Both the position numbers and the translations under genes were made by a program. 64,000 nucleotides of DNA from Pseudomonadota bacterium (GTDB lineage: Bacteria; Bdellovibrionota_G; JALEGL01; DATDPG01), in assembly GCA_043809315.1 (NCBI GenBank), contig JAZDDX010000020.1, positions 32,001-96,000 of the forward strand. The letters run 5' to 3'. Of this stretch, positions 58,406 through 64,000 are shown in pieces (position 1 is the stretch's first letter; every line of letters starts with the position of its first letter). The notes under the pieces are model-generated. The model did not search any database and was not told the DNA's origin. It was given only the letters and a program-made list of their open reading frames with translations.

Positions 58406-59392
58406 CTATCCTCCCAAAACCCGGATTCGCGGCAACGGGTCCTGCCCCTTCTTCCACTCCGAGAAGGCGCTTCGCTCTCTCGGTTTTTGGAGAACCGCTC
58501 GGCGGATCTGGCTCTCGATCTCCTCGTCCCCGGATCCGTCACGAACCGCCGCACGCAGATCGAACTCCAGGGGGGAGAAAAGGCAGAGATGAACTCTTCC
58601 CGTCGCCGTGAGGCGCAGGCGGTTGCATGCCTCGCAGAACGGTTCGGTCAAAGAGGCGATGAAGCCGACCGTGCCGCGGGCCCCATCGATCGCGAACGTT
58701 TCGGCCGCGTGCGGTCCGCGATGCTGACGGCGCAGGGGATATTCATTGGAAATCCATCGTCGGACCGTCCCGATCGGAAGCATCCGGTCCGGGGTCCACC
58801 CCTCCCCGCAGAGAGGCATGAATTCCAGGAACCGGACCGATATCGGCCGCTCGAACGCCATCCGGCAGAACTCCAGGACCTCCTCCCGACTCAGGTCCAT
58901 GAGCGCCATGACGTTGATCTTCACCCGGAGCGACATTGCGACGGCCCGATCGATCCCTGCCATCACCTCTTTCAACCGGTCCCGCCCCGTGATCCGCGCG
59001 AACCGCTCCCGGTTCAGGGAGTCGAGGCTGACGTTGACGGCGGAAAGTCCGGCCCGCTCCAGCGGTTCCGCAAGAGAGGCGAGGAATGAACCGTTCGTCG
59101 TCAGGGCGATGTCTTCGAACTTCGAGAACCCGCGAAGCGTCCGAACCAGGGAGACGATGTCACGCCGCAAGAGAGGTTCCCCTCCCGTCAGCCGGACCCG
59201 CCGGATCCCGAGACGGGCGAAAATCCGGAGGAGGCGGATCAACTCATCGGACGCAAGGAGTTCTCTCGGCGGGGCAAGCGTCACCTTTTCCGTGGGGGCG
59301 CAATAAACGCAATGGAAATTGCAGCTTTCCGTGAGCGAAACCCGCAGATAGTCGATCTTGCGCCCGAAGGAGTCGAGTAGCGGCTGTTCCAT
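58406..59392 (-). CDS. moaA: GTP 3',8-cyclase
   Basis: D.FGR...YLR.S, CNFHCVYC, TGGEP and FCEACNRLRL..G..CL motifs; terminal GG. Confidence 0.96.
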   Translation of the reverse strand: MEQPLLDSFGRKIDYLRVSLTESCNFHCVYCAPTEKVTLAPPRELLASDELIRLLRIFARLGIRRVRLTGGEPLLRRDIVSLVRTLRGFSKFEDIALTTNGSFLASLAEPLERAGLSAVNVSLDSLNRERFARITGRDRLKEVMAGIDRAVAMSLRVKINVMALMDLSREEVLEFCRMAFERPISVRFLEFMPLCGEGWTPDRMLPIGTVRRWISNEYPLRRQHRGPHAAETFAIDGARGTVGFIASLTEPFCEACNRLRLTATGRVHLCLFSPLEFDLRAAVRDGSGDEEIESQIRRAVLQKPRERSAFSEWKKGQDPLPRIRVLGG

Positions 59393-59512
59393 CGATTCAG
59401 CGGTAGTCAGTACTATGCGCCCCGCCCCAAGGCAAGCGCGCGCGGCGGCAAAGGGGTGACAGAAAAACGAACCGTTGATATGAAGGCGATCCCACGGGGA
59501 AAAGGAGAAAAC

Positions 59513-61015
59513 ATGGCTAAATTGGGGCTCGAAACTCACATCGTCGATCCGACCGTCTACGACCGGGTGATCCAGCGGTTCCGCGAGGCAAAAATCGCTC
59601 TTCCAACCTTCGCACAGCTGGCCGATCCAAAGACGATCCCGTCGAAGGTCCGCTCCGCTCTCGCGAACGTCGACCCGAACTCCCCGAACTCCTTGAACCT
59701 CTTCCGGGTTCATTGGTTCAACTCGGCGAATCAGAAAGAGATCGTCGACGTTCCGGAACATATCGTTCTCCCCCCCTCTTTGACGGGGGTCAAAGCCCAG
59801 ATCGTCGTCATGATCGGCGCCCACTTCCCGATGATCTCAGCCCACAAAGTGTTGGCCGCATACGGATGCCTCGTTCCCCGTCTCGTGACGGGGCAATTCG
59901 ACCCGGTCGCACACAAGGCGATCTGGCCCTCAACCGGAAACTACTGCCGGGGCGGCGTGGCGATCTCCCGCATCACCGGATGCCGGGGGGTAGCGATCCT
60001 GCCGGAGGGGATGAGCCAGGAGCGGTTCAACTGGCTCGACAAGTGGGTCTCCCATCCCGACGACGTGATCAAGACGTACGGAACCGAGAGCAACGTCAAG
60101 GAGATCTACGACAAGTGCAACGAGCTCGATCGGGATCCGAAGAACGTCATCTTCAACCAGTTCTGCGAATTCGGAAACCACCTGGTCCACTACCTCTGCA
60201 CCGGCAAAGCAGCCGAGACCGTCTTCAAGGCACAGCAAGCGAAGAATAGGGACTCCAGGCTTCGAGCCTTCGTCTCCTGTTCCGGCTCGGCCGGCACGAT
60301 CGCCGCGGGGGATTACCTAAAAGAGAAATTTGGGTCGCTGATCGTCGGCTCGGAAGCGGTGGAGTGCCCGACCATGCTCTACAACGGGTTCGGCGAGCAC
60401 AACATCCAGGGGATCGGGGACAAGCACATCCCGTACATCCACAACGTGATGAACATGGACGTGGCGGTCGGAATCACCGACAAGGCGACCGACACGCTCG
60501 ACGTCCTCTTCAACACGGAGGCCGGGCGGGAGTACCTCACCCAGCGGAAAGGAGTTCCGGCGGAGATCGTGAACCGCCTCTCCCTCCTCGGATTCTCCTC
60601 GATCTGCAACATCTTAAGCGCGATCAAGACGGCAAAGTACTACCAGATGAATGCACGCGACGTGGTCGTGACGGTCGCAACCGACAGCGCGGCGATGTAC
60701 GGAACCGAGCGTGAGAAAGCGCTCAAAAAGTATTTCCCGAAGGGATTCGACACCGTCGAGGCGGCCGAAACGTACGGACGACACATGGCGGGGACCCAAA
60801 TCGACCACCTCCGTGAGCTCTCGTTCCACGAACGGCACCGGATCTTCAACCTCGGCTACTACACCTGGGTCGAGCAACAGGGGGTGACGGTCGAAGAGTT
60901 CAACGCCCGGCGGAAGCCGGAGTTCTGGACGGAGCTTCAGACCCGGATCGCGGCGTGGGATAAGATGACGGAAGAGTTCAACAAGAAGACGGGCGCCCTG
61001 GATCGGATCGGATGA
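59513..61015 (+). CDS. Fold-type II PLP-dependent enzyme of unknown substrate
   Basis: AHKV (PLP Lys), PSTGNY, GSAGT and IQGIG motifs; AAGGAG RBS. Confidence 0.88.
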   Translation: MAKLGLETHIVDPTVYDRVIQRFREAKIALPTFAQLADPKTIPSKVRSALANVDPNSPNSLNLFRVHWFNSANQKEIVDVPEHIVLPPSLTGVKAQIVVMIGAHFPMISAHKVLAAYGCLVPRLVTGQFDPVAHKAIWPSTGNYCRGGVAISRITGCRGVAILPEGMSQERFNWLDKWVSHPDDVIKTYGTESNVKEIYDKCNELDRDPKNVIFNQFCEFGNHLVHYLCTGKAAETVFKAQQAKNRDSRLRAFVSCSGSAGTIAAGDYLKEKFGSLIVGSEAVECPTMLYNGFGEHNIQGIGDKHIPYIHNVMNMDVAVGITDKATDTLDVLFNTEAGREYLTQRKGVPAEIVNRLSLLGFSSICNILSAIKTAKYYQMNARDVVVTVATDSAAMYGTEREKALKKYFPKGFDTVEAAETYGRHMAGTQIDHLRELSFHERHRIFNLGYYTWVEQQGVTVEEFNARRKPEFWTELQTRIAAWDKMTEEFNKKTGALDRIG

Positions 61016-62409
61016 CGGCGGCGGGCCCGACCTTCACCTGCAGCGGTTGCGAGTATGTCGTTCCGAAAACGGAACGGTATCCGTTCCGCTGCCCCAAGCA
61101 GAAGACCGGCGACAACATCGACCATGTCTTGCGGGAGGAACTTCCGGCCAAAGATCCGACCCTTGTGGCCCTTTTCGACTCGACGGAACCGAATCCGTTT
61201 CTGAAGTATCGAACCCTCTTTCACTCCTATCGTGCCGCCCGGTCCTGGGGGCTTTCGGATGCCGACTATATCGGGATCGTGCAACGCCTCGACGAAGCAG
61301 TCGCGAAGATCGACGGGCGCGGGTTCGTGGAGACCCCTTTCGCTTCGATCTCGAAACTCGGTGACGCACTTGGCTTCAAAGAACTGTGGGTAAAAGATGA
61401 AACCGGAAACGTCTCCGGTTCGCACAAAGCCCGTCACACCATGGGGATCATGATCTGGATGGAGATGGTCCGGAAGGCGTTCCCGAACGGATCCAATGAA
61501 CCATCTTTGGCGATCTCGAGCTGTGGAAACGCCGCACTCGCGGCAGCGGTCGTCGCGAAGGCGGCCGGCCGGACACTCGACGTCTTCGTCCCCCCCGACG
61601 CCCACCCGAACGTCGTCCACCGGTTGCAGGAACTCGGGGCCCGCCTCGTCACCTGTCGTCGCGAGGGGAATCAACCCGGCGACCCCTGTTATCTCCGCTT
61701 CAAAGAGGGGATCGCAAAAGGCTCCCTCCCGTTTACAGTTCAGGGGAACGAGAACGGGTTGACGATCTCCGGAGGGAAGACACTGGCCTATGAGATGGTC
61801 TCCCGATGGCGAAGCGGACGTCCGGTCGATCGTCTCTTCGTCCATGTCGGCGGTGGAGCGCTGGCGAGCGCGATCATTCAGGGGATGGAGGATGCGAAAG
61901 CGATCGGTCTCATCGATCGACTTCCCCGAATTCATACGGTTCAGACCGAAGGGGCTTATCCACTCGCGAGGGCGTACCAGAAAGTGGCCGAGCGAGTGGC
62001 GTTCCGAAATTTGTGCGCCGAAAAAGAAGTCGAGAAACGATCCATGTTCTTATCCACCGACAAATCGAGACAGATCGTGAACGAAGAGCTTTGGTTCGCG
62101 GCGAACCACCGTTCGACCTTCATGTGGCCGTGGGAGAGCGAGCCGAAGTCGATCGCGCACGGGATTCTGGATGACGAAACGTATGACTGGCACGCGGTCG
62201 TGGGCGGGATGCTCCGGAGCGGTGGATATCCCGTCGTTGTTTCGGAAGAGAATCTGAAAGAAGCCCACCGTCTCTGCCACGAGCATACGAAGATCCGCGC
62301 CGACCACACGGGAACCGCAGGCTTGGCCGGTGCCCTGAAGCTCCGTCAGGACGGAGTGATCCTTCCGAACGAGACGGTCGCCGTCCTCTTCACCGGCGTG
62401 GAACGCTGA
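61012..62409 (+). CDS. Threonine synthase-like fold-type II PLP enzyme
   Basis: N-terminal CxxC...CP; TP, VKDE..N.SGSHKAR, SSCGNAA, VGGG.L and VLFTG motifs; ATGA-coupled. Confidence 0.88.
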   Translation: MTAAGPTFTCSGCEYVVPKTERYPFRCPKQKTGDNIDHVLREELPAKDPTLVALFDSTEPNPFLKYRTLFHSYRAARSWGLSDADYIGIVQRLDEAVAKIDGRGFVETPFASISKLGDALGFKELWVKDETGNVSGSHKARHTMGIMIWMEMVRKAFPNGSNEPSLAISSCGNAALAAAVVAKAAGRTLDVFVPPDAHPNVVHRLQELGARLVTCRREGNQPGDPCYLRFKEGIAKGSLPFTVQGNENGLTISGGKTLAYEMVSRWRSGRPVDRLFVHVGGGALASAIIQGMEDAKAIGLIDRLPRIHTVQTEGAYPLARAYQKVAERVAFRNLCAEKEVEKRSMFLSTDKSRQIVNEELWFAANHRSTFMWPWESEPKSIAHGILDDETYDWHAVVGGMLRSGGYPVVVSEENLKEAHRLCHEHTKIRADHTGTAGLAGALKLRQDGVILPNETVAVLFTGVER

Positions 62410-62413
62410 CCGT

Positions 62414-62644
62414 TTGACCGACAAAGAAGCGAAAGAGTTGTTGATCCGCCGCTATCGGCGCCGAGGCTTCCTTGTGAAGCAGGTGCGGAGGTTCGAGCAT
62501 TCGTACATCGTTGTCTTCGGCCAGGACGAGAAAGGGAGCGGGCTCGGTCCTCGGGGCTTGAGCTTCGCTCGGTGCAATCCTCCGACCCTGGATTCGGGTG
62601 CACAGCTCGAGCTGCCGGTGAAAAGAAAAAAACGCCGTCCGTAA
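62414..62644 (+). CDS. Possible small basic hypothetical protein
   Basis: 76-aa ORF with TTG start 4 nt after the previous stop; no known motif. Confidence 0.4.
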   Translation: MTDKEAKELLIRRYRRRGFLVKQVRRFEHSYIVVFGQDEKGSGLGPRGLSFARCNPPTLDSGAQLELPVKRKKRRP

Positions 62645-62754
62645 CTCCGAAATAAAACTGAATTTCGGTCCATTTCCGACCGGTTTCCGGACCCATCCAA
62701 CAAGCTCGACTGCTCAACCTCCCGTAACCACAATAAGTTCTTCGAAATCCCGGT

Positions 62755-62770
62755 TGGCACACCCCCTGCT
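62755..62770 (+). promoter_or_regulatory. Sigma54-like promoter
   Basis: TGGCAC-ACCCC-CTGCT (GG-N10-GC); inverted repeat CCGAAAT-N8-ATTTCGG at 62647-62668. Confidence 0.5.
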
Positions 62771-62788
62771 CCGCTCTTTGGAGCCTGA

Positions 62789-62818
62789 TTGACGATTGTA
62801 TACTACTTTGTGTACACT
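62789..62818 (+). promoter_or_regulatory. Sigma70-type hicAB promoter with palindromic operators
   Basis: TTGACG-N18-TACACT; palindromes GTATAC (62798-62803) and GTGTACAC (62810-62817). Confidence 0.65.
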
Positions 62819-62834
62819 TATGGGGTGTTGAGTC

Positions 62835-63017
62835 TTGAAAAAACGCGATCTCGAACGAATTCTCAGAGGTTTGGGTTGGCGTCTCCTGCGCCAGGGTGGA
62901 AGCCACGAAATCTGGACCAACGGAACCGAAACGGAATCAATTCCACGGCATGTGGAAGTGAACGAGATGGTCGCAAGAGCCATTCTTAAACGGGTGAGGA
63001 AACATCATGAATCTTGA
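62835..63017 (+). CDS. hicA: HicA family toxin
   Basis: GW...RQGGSHEIW...IPRH.E....A..ILK pattern. Confidence 0.93.
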   Translation: MKKRDLERILRGLGWRLLRQGGSHEIWTNGTETESIPRHVEVNEMVARAILKRVRKHHES

Positions 63018-63429
63018 AGGAAGAGTCATTCCCCCCAAGGGGCGAAGAAACCCGCACTGGTCGGTGGAAATCCCCCTGCTGGAGATCTACACACAAGGAA
63101 GATCCCGGAACGATGCCTACCGGATGGCCAGGGATGCGGTCGAAAGCCTCGTCAATCGGAAGGGATTCCACGTGACCGTAACGCCGGGGAAAGGGAACGC
63201 GTTCGACGTCTCGGCAAACGATTTCCCGATCTTCCTGGCCTTTGTCTTGGCCCGTCTTCGAACCGGTCATCGCCTCTCCACGCGGCAGGTGGCCGAACGC
63301 CTTTCGTCCACTTCGCCCAATGCTTACGCCCGGTACGAGCGGGGACGCGCCATGCCGAAATTGGATACACTCTTGACCCTCCTACGTGCCATCAATCCTC
63401 GACTGTCTCTCGTGCTACGGACAGCCTGA
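63007..63429 (+). CDS. hicB: HicB family antitoxin with C-terminal HTH
   Basis: W.VEIP.L...TQG....A..MA.DA, followed by an XRE-like HTH (VAERL...NAYARYERG..P). Confidence 0.9.
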   Translation: MNLEGRVIPPKGRRNPHWSVEIPLLEIYTQGRSRNDAYRMARDAVESLVNRKGFHVTVTPGKGNAFDVSANDFPIFLAFVLARLRTGHRLSTRQVAERLSSTSPNAYARYERGRAMPKLDTLLTLLRAINPRLSLVLRTA

Positions 63430-64000
63430 TCGCGAACCGAACCGGACATACAACCGAGCCCCGCCGACCTCCCGAACGGGCCGGTAGCGTCCCTTGAGCA
63501 GAGGTTCAAATCCCGCGGGGGTATCGAGGCCGGTCACCACGAGTGCGGGCCGGCCGTTCTCGATCCACCGAACGATCTGGGGCACGGTCGCGATCCGGTA
63601 CCGCGCAACCTGCTCCGGCGTCAGCTTCTCCTCCATCTTCGTCACGACAAACCCTTGATTCATCCCCGGTAGAAACCTTCGTCCAGACTCCACGAGGTAC
63701 CCGTTCCACCACGACAGAACCTCGTCATCGGGACAGGTGAGTTCCTGGATCGCCTCCCCAACGGCATGGACCTCCCGGCGATCATTCACAGACGACGTTC
63801 CGTCTCCGCCGGCGATCCATTTCAGATCTTCGACAACCGGGAAGAGGCTCCAAACCGCGGCACAGATGCCGACGAGACTCAGAATCTTCCTGCCACGGGA
63901 ATCGGCGCCAATCCGCGCGACGACCGCCACGAGCGTAAACACCCAAACCGGAAGCACGTATTCGGGATAGAAGGGAACCAAGCGGATCGAACCGATCGCC
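63415..64000 (-). CDS. C-terminal part of a membrane protein, possibly GT-C (ArnT-like) glycosyltransferase; starts beyond the window
   Basis: Frame open to the window edge; TMs followed by a soluble domain with I...T.PDD.V..W. Confidence 0.6.
   Translation of the reverse strand, partial: AIGSIRLVPFYPEYVLPVWVFTLVAVVARIGADSRGRKILSLVGICAAVWSLFPVVEDLKWIAGGDGTSSVNDRREVHAVGEAIQELTCPDDEVLSWWNGYLVESGRRFLPGMNQGFVVTKMEEKLTPEQVARYRIATVPQIVRWIENGRPALVVTGLDTPAGFEPLLKGRYRPVREVGGARLYVRFGSRSGCP

Noticed and set aside
57503-59089. 528-aa plus-strand ORF
   Set aside because: Antisense to moaCB/moaA; no motifs.
59393-59512. Moco riboswitch upstream of moaA
   Set aside because: Short divergent promoter region with no recognisable conserved multi-stem motif.
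53237-59824. Apparent long N-terminal extensions or fusions on the GTPase, MoeA and MoaA ORFs
   Set aside because: The extensions overlap neighbouring real genes; internal ATGs give normal lengths and coupled junctions. The same applies to pgl, Wzi-like, nitroreductase and xdhC.
44899-62409. Selenocysteine or stop-codon recoding in the Xdh/Moco/PLP genes
   Set aside because: All ORFs are full length with intact motifs and no in-frame TGA needing read-through.
51575-63429. Genomic island bracketed by the two TA modules
   Set aside because: No integrase, tRNA or flanking direct repeats seen; the enclosed Moco genes serve xdh genes outside the bracket.

Overview
GC-rich, gene-dense bacterial chromosomal segment. 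The gene content (sigma54 promoters, a MYXO/GlyGly-CTERM-like sorting tail, many orphan secreted proteins) suggests a deltaproteobacteria-like lineage, but this is inference. From left to right it holds: group 3b-type NiFe hydrogenase beta/gamma subunits with hypAB; a 2-oxoacid:ferredoxin oxidoreductase (alpha plus beta-gamma fusion); central-metabolism genes (class I fumarase, zwf, pgl, pepD, icd, aconitase); several secreted or surface proteins; a PhoPQ-like two-component operon; a TPP riboswitch-thiN-SSS transporter operon; a purine/molybdoenzyme block (xdhABC, deaminase, Moco operon ending in a DRG-like GTPase, two PLP enzymes); and two HicA-fold toxin-antitoxin pairs. No rRNA, tRNA, CRISPR array, transposase or integrase was seen. 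Most notable: (1) a ~976-aa signal-peptide protein with a hydrophobic segment, a coiled coil and a C-terminal RelE-like domain, with no neighbouring immunity gene (candidate exported ribosome-targeting effector); (2) a free-standing secreted copy of a protease propeptide, translationally coupled to its Glu-type subtilase; (3) a shared TTCAG-N6-TTCAG-N11-TAnnnT promoter defining a small regulon; (4) a DRG-like GTPase inside a Moco operon; (5) an unannotated, internally deleted tandem paralog. All family calls come from motif recognition by eye; no searches were run.
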